Positions 53,395-63,535 of a stretch of 64,000 bases of DNA are shown here, piece by piece. The position numbers and the translations under genes are program-made. The notes under the pieces are model-generated. The model ran no database searches. It had not been told where the DNA came from and worked only from the letters and a program-made list of their open reading frames with translations. How positions within the stretch are numbered: the first letter of the stretch is position 1; the number at the start of each line of letters is the position of its first letter. The DNA comes from a bacterium (lineage in GTDB: Bacteria > UBA8248 > JACPRG01 > G963555815), in NCBI GenBank assembly GCA_965261595.1, contig CBDHDG010000006.1, positions 256,001 to 320,000 on the forward strand, in the 5' to 3' direction.

Positions 53395-53527
53395 GGTCGA
53401 ATACCCTCACCCGAGTGTCCAATAACCCAGGGGCGGTCCATTCCAGTCCCATGTTTATCCATCTCGGTCGACGGCAAGTCTCACGTGCAACCGAGAAAAG
53501 CATCGACCAAATTTCCGACCCATCCTC

Positions 53528-53541
53528 GCTCCGACCGGAGC
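53528..53541 (-). promoter_or_regulatory. Putative SECIS in the 3' UTR of the radical SAM gene
   Basis: GCTCC-GGTC-GGAGC hairpin, G-led loop 18 nt after the UGA. Confidence 0.55.
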
Positions 53542-53548
53542 CCGGGGG

Positions 53549-54350
53549 TCAAGCTCACTGGTAGGCCAGGCTCTCTATCCCCTCCCGCTCCCTTCGGTCC
53601 ATCTCGGACCGGATCAAACCCACCGCCCGGGAGAAGGGAAAGATTTCGCCCGTCACCTGAAAATCCGGGTCCGTGGAGAGGGGGTGCCAGTAAACGCCGT
53701 CCCGGTCCACGCACACCTCCGGGAGGACTCGATCGGCGTAGAGGTCTTTGCCCCGCTTGGAGAAACCTCTTCGGATTAGTGGGCGGACAAAAACATCGTC
53801 CTTGTCGATACCCTTTGTGGAGAAAAATTCAACCAGCGCCGCCTCCCCCCCCCCCCCCCCCGCCGTCGGACTCGGCGGTTGCCGTTCCGCCGATGCGGGC
53901 TTTGAATCCCTGGTTCAGCAGGGCGTCCACCCCGCGCATCGTTTGAAGCCAGCTTCCCGAGCCCCGGTATAAGTCGTTGCGGTCCGGGCGGGCGCTGTCC
54001 ACGCTGACCTGTAAGGTCAAACTCCCCCCCTCCCCCGCCGGCAGGGCCTTCAGGCGCTCCATCCGGTGGGGGGTGAACAGGGTCGCGTTGGTCAGAACAG
54101 TCGTAGCAATCCGCCGGACGGCGTAGTCGAGGAGGTCGAAGATGCGGGGATGGATGAACGGCTCGCCGCCCGTCAGATAGAGCTCATCGAATCCGAGGGG
54201 GAGGGCCTCGTCCAGAAGCCTCTCGAACACATCGAGGCCGATGGCTCTCGGCTCGGCCTTGGGATGGGACTTGACGACACAATACGAGCACGAGAGGTTG
54301 CACTCGTAATTGGTGTAGACCCAAAGCCGGTTGGATAACTCGAACGCCAT
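53549..54350 (-). CDS. Rv1681-like radical SAM protein, frameshifted at C17 tract, with probable penultimate selenocysteine
   Basis: RLWVYTNYECNLSCSYC, TGGEP; second frame RPLIRRG..PEVCVDRDGVYWHP..YQ(TGA)A(TGA). Confidence 0.78.
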
Positions 54351-54927
54351 CTCCCCCGCTCCCACGCCCCGACCGGCGTCATTCAACCCAGCGCACCGAA
54401 AGCTCCCGGCCGCCCGGCGCCGTTTCGCGAAAGATGAAAATCAATCCCTGGAATCCATCTTGCCCGGCGGGCGGGCGTCGAGTCAATCTTCATTCAGCGC
54501 GTCCGTTCCGAAACGTGTCCCCGCCCCACGGCGGCAGAAAGGCTCGGATCGAGCGAGTCGGCGGCTTCCCGCTGTGCGGCAACACGCCGCACACGCTCGC
54601 GCACACCAGACTCATTCAGCCAACGGAATATCAGATGATTTTATTCCGGAAAAGGATCATTTCCGCTCCGCGTCTGGAAAATGGGGCGATCGCATTGAAT
54701 GTAAAATAACGTTTTCGTATTTGTGAATTCGGTCTTAATTATTTGCATTATAATAAATAAAGCGAATCCCGCCCTTTCCCTTGGTCAATTCTCCATTGGA
54801 CAGTCGGGTCCGTTTCAGCCGTAATGCGTGCGGCCGCGTTGCCGTCTACGGAATGATTTTTGCATTGGTCATTGAAAAGGATAATCACATTAAATCCCGC
54901 ATGTAATGATCTTCATTTGGGGGTGTA

Positions 54928-57900
54928 ATGTCGGTGGGTCTGGCCCGGACGAAGAATCGCCCGTCCGATAATCTCGAGCGACTTCTCGCCGAAAATCTTC
55001 GCGCCTCGGGCGCAGATCGAGGCGTCATTCTGCTACACGATCCCGCATGCCCTCCATTCCGGCTGGGCGCCGCCATCGGCCTCTCCGAGACGTACCTTGA
55101 TGCTGTCGCCGAAAATTGGGAGAAGATCCCCGGTTCACGTGTGATGCGGGACCAGGAACTCCTGTTCATCCTTGATGCCCGCTCGGACTCGCGCACCAAG
55201 CCGATCAAAGCCGAAATTGAGATCGAGGGTTTCCGATCCACGGTCCTCGCCCCCCTGAAGGTCGGGTCTCCCTCTCTTGGAAATCTGGCTCTCTACTTCG
55301 ATCAGGTCCGAGACCTTTCGGTCGAAGAAAAAACCTCGATTCAGAGATTTGCCGAACTATCGGGCATCGCCATCGAGAACGCCTGTGCTTATGAGGAAGT
55401 CCAGGCCCGCTCGGCGGGGCAGGACGCGTTGCGCGACCTCACCCGGGACATCACGGAAACCCCAGACATCTCCATGCTCTTTCGCAGGATCTGTAAGTCC
55501 GTTCACGGCCTCCTGCGGGTTGATCTGACCCGTTTCTTCCTCATGGACGAGCCGGCGGACGTATTCAGGGTGGTCGGTTCATTCGGGGTGGAGACCGGGA
55601 AGAACACCCACCGGACGTTGCCGCTTGGGAAGGGGATTGTCCAACGGGTCATTTCCTCGAATCGACCTATCGCCGTGCGGGAGATCCTGGAGGACCCCGA
55701 CTGGGTGAACCACGATTGGGCCGAAATGGGGGAGCTTCGCAGCCTTTTGAGCATTCCGTTGAATCTGAAAGGTCGCGTGATCGGGACCCTGGAATGTTTC
55801 ACGAAAAGCCCGCGGGATTTCCGGGAGAACGAGATCCGGCTCGTTCAGGACTTCGCTGATCAGGCCGTCGTGGCCCTGGAGAACGCCCGGCTGGTTTCCG
55901 CCGCCCGGAGCCACGCCACGAACCTGAAAATCCTCGACGAGATCGCCCGGGCGATCAATTCGACCCTGGACCTGAGCGAGCTTTTCCGGATCACCGTGGA
56001 ACAGGTCAAGCGGGCGGTCCCGTGTGAGCGGTGCAGTCTTTACAAGGTCGATCCGGGCAAGTCGGCCATCGAGAGACTCCATGCGGCGGACGACATTCCG
56101 GGGCGGACTGAGCGCCTGGTCCCGGCGTCCCTGAAAGGAACCTACTTCGAGCGGCTCCTGGAAACGCGCGCGCCCGCCTACCAGCCCGATATCCGCAAGG
56201 ACCCTCATCCAACGCGGCAGTTATTGGCAGCGGAGGGTATCCGGGCCATCATCAACGTCCCCATCTGGATCGATGACAAATGCGCGGGGTTCCTGAACGT
56301 CATGTCCTCGGAGGTCGATGCGTATACGAAGGACCACATTGAGCTGTTGCGTTCGTTGGCCAATCACCTGGGTCTGGCCATGAAAAACGCCGAGCTTTAC
56401 GCCCAGGCGAAGGAGACCGGGGAGCGGCTCGATAACTTCGTCCGCAGCGCTTTAGATGGAATCATCTCGGTGGACCTGGGGGGGAGGATCGCCCGTTGGA
56501 ACCCCGCGGCGGAAGAAATTTACGGCTACACCGAAGAAGAAGTCCTGGGGCGAAACATGTCGGAAATTTTCTCGCGGGATGAGGAGACCAGAAAACTCTT
56601 TGAAAGGATCAAGTCCTGGGAATCCTTGCCCCCGTGGGAGAAGGTCGAGCGAAAGAAGGACGGAACCCTGATCGATGTTTCTGTCACGCTTTCACCCATA
56701 AAGGACAGTCGGGGAAGGGTTGTTGGGTTCAGTGGAATCAACCACGACATCGGGGCCAAGAAACGGGCGGAGGAGGCCCTGCGGAGGTCCGAGGAGAGAT
56801 ACCGAACGCTGTTCGAGGAAGCCCGAGACGCCATCTATATCGTGGGTGAAGAGGGGCGGATCATCGACTGCAACCAGCGCCTCTGCGACCTCCTCGGCTA
56901 CACGCAGGAGGAGATGCTCCAGAAGAGGGTTCAGGACTTCACATCGCCCGAGTACAGAGATTCCGTAGCCGAACGCATCGTCAAGATTATTGAGGAGGGC
57001 ATGGCCCCCTTTGAATCCGCCGCCCAAGGAAGGATGGCTCTCTGGTCGATATCGAGGTCAGCGCCGCATCCATCGAGATTGAAGGCCGAAATCAGGTCAT
57101 CTATTTCGAACGCGACATCACCGAGCGCAAGCGGGCCGAGGAGGCGCTGCGCCTCACGCAGTTCTCCGTCGAGCGGGCGGCCGACGCCACCTTCTGGAAC
57201 GCGCCGGACAGCCGGATCCTCTATGTGAATGACGCGGCCTGTGACTTTCTCGGTTACTCCAGGGAAGAGCTGCTTTCCAAGACTGTTTCAGACCTCTGTC
57301 CGGATTTCCCGCCGGAGAAATGGGCGGCGCACTGGGAGGAACTAAAAGCGGCCGGCGCCCTGACCTTCGAGTCACACGACCTCACCAAAGACGGCCGGCT
57401 CATCCCGGTCGAAATATCCTCCAACTATCTGGAGTTCGGCGGGAAGGAGTACAGCTTTACCTTCGTCCGCGACATCACCGAGCGCAAGCGGGCCGAGGAG
57501 GAGACCCACGCGGCCAACGCCCGCTTCCAGGGCATCCTCGATACGGCCAGCGACGCCATCCTCTCCATGGGCGGCGATCAGCGCATCGTCCTGTTCAACC
57601 AGCAGGCGGAGGCCATGTTCGGCTACCCGGCGCACGAGGTCATCGGCCGACCGCTCAAAATCCTGCTGCCCCCCCGGTTCCGGAAGGGCCACAAAGGCCA
57701 CGTGGAGGGATTCGCGGCCGGGAGCGTCTCCCGCAGGCCCATGAGCGAGCGCACCGAGCTTTACGGGCTCCGCAAGGACGGCAAAGAGTTTCCGGTGGAG
57801 ATCACCATCTCCAAACTCGAGCTGGAGGGGCAACCGGTCTTCACGGCGGTCGTCCGCGAAATCACCGAGCGGAAGCGCCTGGAGGATCAGCTCCGCCAGA

Positions 57901-58985
57901 GCCAGAAGCTCGAGGCCCTGGGCCAGCTCGCTTCCGGCGTGGCCCACAACTTCAACAACTCCCTGGCTGTCATCCTCGGGCGCACCGAGCTCTCGGAACT
58001 TCTTACCGAGAACCCCAAGGTTCGCCGGAATCTTGAAATCATCGAGAAAGCGGCCCATGACGGGACCAACACGGTCAGACGTCTTCAGGACTTCGCGCGC
58101 AAGCGCGAGGGCCGCCCGAGGGAGACCGTTCGGCTGAACGACATCGTCTCCGACGTCATCGAGATGCTCCGGCCCCGCTGGAAGGACGAGGCCGAGTTGG
58201 TGAGCGTCCGCTTCGAGGTCGGGTTCAACGCCCGGGCCGAAAAGGACGCCGTCCGGGGCGAAGGCTCCGCGCTTCGGGAGGCCCTGATCAACCTGGTCCA
58301 CAACGCCCTGGACGCGATGCCCGAAGGGGGAAGGCTCGCCGTCGCCACCGAAAACGCGGCGGACGATGTGATCGTCTCGGTGACGGACTCCGGGATCGGG
58401 ATGGACGCCGAGACGCGCGAGCGTGCCCTGGAGCCGTTTTTCACAACCAAGGGCGAGCGCGGCACCGGCCTGGGTCTCAGCATGGTTTATGGAATCGTCC
58501 AACGGCATGGGGGCCAGATAGAGATCGAGAGCGCGCCGGGAAAGGGGACAACCGTGCGGCTGACCCTGCCGACAGCCGATGAACCGGCGCGGAACCTCTC
58601 TCAACCGAAATTGACCCCCTCCGCTTCCCGGCGGATCCTCATCATCGAGGACGAGAAAGAAGTCGCGGAGATCATCGCCGATATGCTGAACGAAGGCGGC
58701 CACACGGCCGAATTCGCCACGGACCCCCGCGATGGGCTCGACAGGTTCAAAAAGGCGAACTTCGACATCGTCATGACGGACCTGAGCATGCCCGAGATGC
58801 CGGGTTGGCTGGTCGTCGAGGAAATCAGACGGATGAACCCGAGCGTGCCCGTTATCATGCTCACAGGCTGGGGCGCGCAGCTGGACCCGGAGCAGTTGAA
58901 GGCGAGCCACGTCGATTGCGTCCTCTCGAAACCGATCAACCGGGCGGACATCCTGAATTCGGTTGATAAGACTTTCGCTGATTGA
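54928..58985 (+). CDS. Hybrid histidine kinase (3 GAF, 4 PAS, HisKA, HATPase, REC), frameshifted near 57025
   Basis: GAF ends AIENA/ALENA/AMKNA; PAS ends HDI/RDIT/REIT; VAHNFNN, GTGLGL, TDLSMP. Confidence 0.9.
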
Positions 58986-59183
58986 AAAATTGAAACGCCC
59001 CTGGTTCCCGGGGGCGCTTCGCCGGGCTGGATAACGACCCCTTCCATGGGTAGAATCTTTCATTCCCGTTTTTCGTGTCGTGTCTCGTAAATGGTTTTAC
59101 ATATCGAGACCCGAATTGTCCCTTTCGGACCGGCCAAGGGGTCAACCGACCCAAACACCCGGCTTACCCGTTGGAGTATTCCT

Positions 59184-59242
59184 GCCGGGCAAGATGCCCG
59201 GCCTACAGAACGGGGAACAGCGGGGCGGGCATCTTGCCCGCC
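59184..59242. repeat. Inverted REP pair, family A
   Basis: GCCGGGCAAGATGCCCGGCCTAC and GCGGGGCGGGCATCTTGCCCGCC. Confidence 0.7.
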
Positions 59243-59332
59243 TTCTCTTCAATTTGTGAAGTGTCAAATTATTTTGAAGACACGACACGGGCTGACACAC
59301 CCGGTCCCCACGGAACACCCGGAGATTCGTCC

Positions 59333-60343
59333 ATGCGGTTCAGCGTCGCCATCCCCAGTTGCATGGAGGGCCTCATCTATCCGTATCCGTTCGCCAATCC
59401 CCGACAGATCATCCGGATCGCGGCGGAGGCCGAGGCCATGGGGTACGAGGCCGTCTGGCCCAACGACCACATCACGACACAGAATTACGTGGCCCGGATG
59501 TGGCCCAAGCCCCCCCGCTTCTACGAACCGTTCGTCCTGCTCTCGTTCATCGCGGCGGCGACGAAGACGATCAAGCTGGCCACGGGCGTCGCCGTCCTGC
59601 CCGTCCGCGAGCCCATCATCCTGGCGAAGACCGCCGCGACGCTGGACGTCTGCTCCGGCGGGCGGGTGATCCTCGGCGTGGGCCTGGGGGCCTACCGGGA
59701 AGAGTACCGGGCCGTCAACCCGGGGGGGCCGCCCCACCGCGGCAAACTGATGGACGAGCGGATCGCCGCCATTCGGGCGCTCCTCCATGATCGCAAGGCG
59801 ACCTTTCAGGGCGAATACGTCCGCTTCCGAAACGTCGAGATGTATCCCAAACCCGTTCAGAAGAAGATGCCCATCTACATCGGCGGCAACTCGTGGGACG
59901 GAGTGGAAAGGGCCGGCCGGTACGCCGACGGCTGGTTCCCCGCCATCCTGACCCCGGAAGAAATCGCCGATCGCGTCAAGCGGATGAAGGTTGTGGCGAA
60001 GGAGGCGAACCGGAGCATTCGGCGCATCGACATCGCCCCCCAGCTGGGCGTCACCCTCGCCCGGACCGAATCCCAGGCGCGGCGGACGTTTCAGGACTCC
60101 CAACTCCGCCACCACCTGCAATCCCTGCGGAAGTCCACGCTGAAAGACCAGACCCTGTCCGACTTCGGGGCGAACAACCTCATCGGGACGCCGGCTCAGG
60201 TGATCGACCGGATCGGGGAATACCAAGACGCCGGCGCGACCCACCTGGCGGGGATCATGTTCGGCGTGAATTCCGTCCGGGCGTTTCTGAGCCAGATGGA
60301 GAGATTCGCCGCCCACGTCATGCCGGCCTTCAGGCGCCGCTGA
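59333..60343 (+). CDS. LLM-class flavin/F420-dependent oxidoreductase
   Basis: VWPNDH, LAKTAATLD..SGGRVILGVGLG, PIYIGG, ADGW. Confidence 0.92.
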   Translation: MRFSVAIPSCMEGLIYPYPFANPRQIIRIAAEAEAMGYEAVWPNDHITTQNYVARMWPKPPRFYEPFVLLSFIAAATKTIKLATGVAVLPVREPIILAKTAATLDVCSGGRVILGVGLGAYREEYRAVNPGGPPHRGKLMDERIAAIRALLHDRKATFQGEYVRFRNVEMYPKPVQKKMPIYIGGNSWDGVERAGRYADGWFPAILTPEEIADRVKRMKVVAKEANRSIRRIDIAPQLGVTLARTESQARRTFQDSQLRHHLQSLRKSTLKDQTLSDFGANNLIGTPAQVIDRIGEYQDAGATHLAGIMFGVNSVRAFLSQMERFAAHVMPAFRRR

Positions 60344-60505
60344 GGGACTTCCCGAACGCTGCCTGAGAGGATATCGGCCGGATTTTTCCGGAGCGGTGAA
60401 TCCTGTTATCATGGGTGAAAGGGTAAATTTCTCGGGCGCATCGTACGGGCGGACGGATGGCCCGTGAGCCGGAAACCTCGAAACCGATACAAGGGGGGAA
60501 GAGTG

Positions 60506-60835
60506 ATGAAACGCACGATCATCGCCGGAACGACCGCCGTTGTCCTTGCATTCGGTCTGACATCGGCCGCGCTCGCGTTCGAGTGTCCCGCCCGCCACAA
60601 GGACGCGAAGGCGGCCATCGCCAAGGCCACGGCGGCCATGAAACAGATGTCGCCGGGGGCGAACATGCAGCTCGTCCACACCTTCATCGACGACGCGAAG
60701 ATGATGCTCCAGAGCGGCATCCACAACCACGAGAAGCCCCAGGGGGCCTACGACCACGGGCGGTCCGTCGCGAAGGCCAAGGCCGCCGAGGGCTACGCGT
60801 ACGCCGCGGGGGTCATGGCCCGCGCCTTGAAGTAA
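60506..60835 (+). CDS. Small secreted helical protein
   Basis: Signal peptide ending ALA, mature FECP..., several His. Confidence 0.7.
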   Translation: MKRTIIAGTTAVVLAFGLTSAALAFECPARHKDAKAAIAKATAAMKQMSPGANMQLVHTFIDDAKMMLQSGIHNHEKPQGAYDHGRSVAKAKAAEGYAYAAGVMARALK

Positions 60836-61028
60836 GCGGACCGGCCGCACCCCGATCGCCCGATCCCGGGAGATCGGGTTTTGGACATCCGTCGCCTGAA
60901 TCCGGCCGGGGGGCCGGCGCTCATGGCCCCCCGCCGGACGCATCCGGATCCAAGACCCGTCCCGCTATCCGGCGAACGCCCGATTCGAACGCCCGCGCAA
61001 CCTGGCGATTCAAGAACCGGCTTGGCGG

Positions 61029-61463
61029 GTGGAAGACCGGAAGCCCTTGAAGATTCGCAACAAGCACAAAAAGATTTCCCTCTCCATCATCTCGATCATC
61101 GGCCTCGGGGTCGCCATCATCTGGCCGCTTGTGAAACCGTCGCCGAAGCGGGAGCGCAAAGCGGTGATCCTCGCCGACCTTTCTCCCGACGCCCAGGCCG
61201 GCCGGGCCGCGTTCATGAAAAACTGCGCCGCGTGTCACGGCCGGGACGCCGCTGGAACGGACGCGGGGCCCCCGCTGATTCACCGGACCTACCATCCGCG
61301 ACACCACGCCGATTTCGCCTTCCACCGGGCCGTCCGGATCGGCGTCCGGCAACACCATTGGCGGTTCGGGGACATGCCTGCCCTCCCCCACGTGAGCCGG
61401 GAGCGAACCGCTTCCATCATCCGGTTCATCCGGGAGGTCCAGAAGGCCAACGGCGTCTTTTGA
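61029..61463 (+). CDS. Monoheme cytochrome c
   Basis: TM anchor, CAACH, HHWRFGDMP. Confidence 0.88.
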   Translation: MEDRKPLKIRNKHKKISLSIISIIGLGVAIIWPLVKPSPKRERKAVILADLSPDAQAGRAAFMKNCAACHGRDAAGTDAGPPLIHRTYHPRHHADFAFHRAVRIGVRQHHWRFGDMPALPHVSRERTASIIRFIREVQKANGVF

Positions 61464-61474
61464 GCGACCCCCCT

Positions 61475-61605
61475 CAGACCCCTTCGGACGGAAATCATCC
61501 CTTTGGGCATGCGGTCGAAGCCGTCCTCGGTGACGAGGATGGTGTCTTCCACCCGGAACCCGCCGAAGCCGATTTCGTAGTGCGGCGGCTCGACGCCGAT
61601 CCCGG
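61475..61605 (-). pseudogene. C-terminal remnant of an M24 peptidase
   Basis: GIGVEPPHYEIGFGGFRVEDTILVTEDG with no upstream domains. Confidence 0.65.
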
Positions 61606-61650
61606 CGCCCGGCGTGGCGGCGCTCGCAACCGGGGAGGGGGAGGCCACTC

Positions 61651-62418
61651 TCAGTAAGGCGGCTAGGGAAAATGGCGGTGATGGCTCGGGGAGGGATAGA
61701 CCGGTTCATTCAGGATGATCTCGAGGCGCAGCTTGAGGGACCGGATCTCCTCCGGGTCCAGGAGCTCCCGCAAGGACTTCTCGACGGGGTCTCCCCGCTC
61801 GAGCTTGTCCTGGAACGCCTTGACGTCCCGGAGCATCTCCGGGGGAACAGGTTCATTCTGGAAGTCCCAGATCACGGTCCGCAGCTTGGGGTAAGCGTGA
61901 AAGGTGAGGCCGTGGTCGATCCCCCATACACGCCCGTCCACGCCGAGGAAACAGTGCCCCGCCTTCCGGTCGGCGTTGTTGGCGATCATGTCGAACAACG
62001 CGAAGCGCCTCAGGACGTCGTGGTGTTCCTCCTGGAGGGTGGAATATTCCGTCCCTTCCCGCGGCGCGACGTAGAGTTGGAGCGATCCCACGCCGTGCGG
62101 GCCGGACCGGATGACCGTCGGCGGGACCAGACCCCAGCCAAGCGCCTCGCTCGTCTGGAAAGCGGCGACCTCCCGCTTGTAGAGCCCGCTCGGAAAATCC
62201 CACAGGGGCCGTTCGCCTTTGTGGGGCTTGTAGATGCCCAGGAAAGAGGAACCGTCCCGGTTCCGGAGCGGGGCCGCGAAGGTGTAATTCGACCCCCAGG
62301 GCACCAGCTCGCACTCCCCCAGGTCGGCTTCCCGCAGCAGCCGGCAAACCTCCTCGACACTCACGACGCACGGATCCGAGGGGGGGGGAGGCTCGCCGCC
62401 TGGGGCGCGCTCAGACAT
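61651..62418 (-). CDS. SCO1664-family PI3/4-kinase-like protein (TAG at 61663 probably replaces Trp of terminal PWPP)
   Basis: GSNYTF, YKPHKGERPLWDFP, REVAA, NNADRKAGH, IDHGLTF. Confidence 0.88.
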
Positions 62419-62556
62419 TCCGTTTCCTATCCTCTCGCTTCCCGCCGGGGCTGAAGGCGGGCGGGCCGGCGCCCTCCTTCTCTTCGGGTCGGGCCTGCCG
62501 GGCGTAGAAGGGGCGAATCGGGCCTCAAAACGCGGGGCCATCGACATGATGCGATG

Positions 62557-63174
62557 TCAGCGGGGGTTCCGTTCCGCGGCGGGATGGTGTCCGTTGGTCC
62601 GGGGGCAGATATGGCCTTTGGGATCTATCGGCTGATTGCAAAGCGGACAGATGGGGCGGCCGCCCATGCAAACCTCTCGGGCCTGCCGGTGCATGTCGGC
62701 CAGCACCCGGCGGCTTGCCCGAAAGCTCATGGTCGCCTCGATGTCCGCAAGCGCTTCTTCCAGGCTTTCTTCCTTTCCCAGGTCCTCCCCGTCCTCTCCG
62801 GCTTCTTCCGCGGACGCCGCCGCCTCTTCCAGGGTCTCGACCAACGCATCCACATCGTGGACGAAAAAGACAAACTGATCGGTTTCCTCGTCGTAGCCCA
62901 TCCCCATTCGGCCGATCTTGAATTCCAGAGGCTGATACTCCTCATCCGAGACTTTCTCCGTCCGGGACGAGGCCGCTCCCCGATCCGCCGGCGTCGAATC
63001 CAGCATGCGCTCGATGGACACCGCCAGGCTGTAGAGCTGCTCCTTTTCCAGCCACAGACAGGCGCCGCCCTTCGAGGCATCGACCAAAAGGCGGAAGGTC
63101 CGCTTTCCGGGAACGCCGATGGATTCGGCCTGGAAGACCTTCACCTGCCCGATGTCGTGCTTCGCTTCGCTCAT
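62557..63174 (-). CDS. DUF3090 family protein
   Basis: IGVPGKRTF, LEKEQL, GRPICPLC..PIDPKGHICPRTNGH. Confidence 0.85.
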   Translation of the reverse strand: MSEAKHDIGQVKVFQAESIGVPGKRTFRLLVDASKGGACLWLEKEQLYSLAVSIERMLDSTPADRGAASSRTEKVSDEEYQPLEFKIGRMGMGYDEETDQFVFFVHDVDALVETLEEAAASAEEAGEDGEDLGKEESLEEALADIEATMSFRASRRVLADMHRQAREVCMGGRPICPLCNQPIDPKGHICPRTNGHHPAAERNPR

Positions 63175-63380
63175 CTCACCTCGTTTGCGCTTGGGACGCC
63201 GTAGCGGTTTCCGAAGCCGCCCAGGTTCATCCCCCGGCTTATACCCCACGGAACGGCGGTTGTAAACGCGCTGTCTGGGTTCAAGACAGATGAGAAACCG
63301 GGACGTTTTTTTGAATCTCTCCAGGGCCCGGGCCACCGCGTCTCCGCTCTCCCGGCTCGATGTTTCCCGGGCCTTCGCGC

Positions 63381-63470
63381 GCCGCCGGCGATCGTGAGAA
63401 CAAACAAACGTCCACCCCGATCCGTCATTCCCGCGAAGGCGGGAATCCAGCGCTCCGAGCCGCGGATCCC
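63381..63470. repeat. REP family B with conserved tail
   Basis: Inverted homolog of 42879-42975. Confidence 0.8.
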
Positions 63471-63535
63471 TCCTCCTGCCCACGTATCATTAAGTGGAGG
63501 CCGAAAACCGGGGATATCTGAGATCACCCCGGCAA

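Larger units (their letters stand above)
52037..53440 (+). mobile_element. IS3-family element, copy 2, with 4-bp TSD TTCC
   Basis: 1404 bp, near-identical to 3548-4951; TTCC at 52033-52036 and 53441-53444. Confidence 0.95.

Noticed and set aside
3548..53440. 50-kb composite transposon bounded by the inverted IS3 copies
   Set aside because: Copy 2 has its own TSD, the outer flanks do not match, and the interior is mostly housekeeping
26534..57030. Programmed frameshifting in the GGDEF, sulfatase and kinase genes
   Set aside because: No slippery heptamer with a stimulatory structure was seen; indel errors or decay are simpler explanations
13571..61665. Genome-wide amber recoding or pyrrolysine
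   Set aside because: Intact genes (HDAC, moaA, fdx) end normally at TAG; the internal TAGs are single-base reversible
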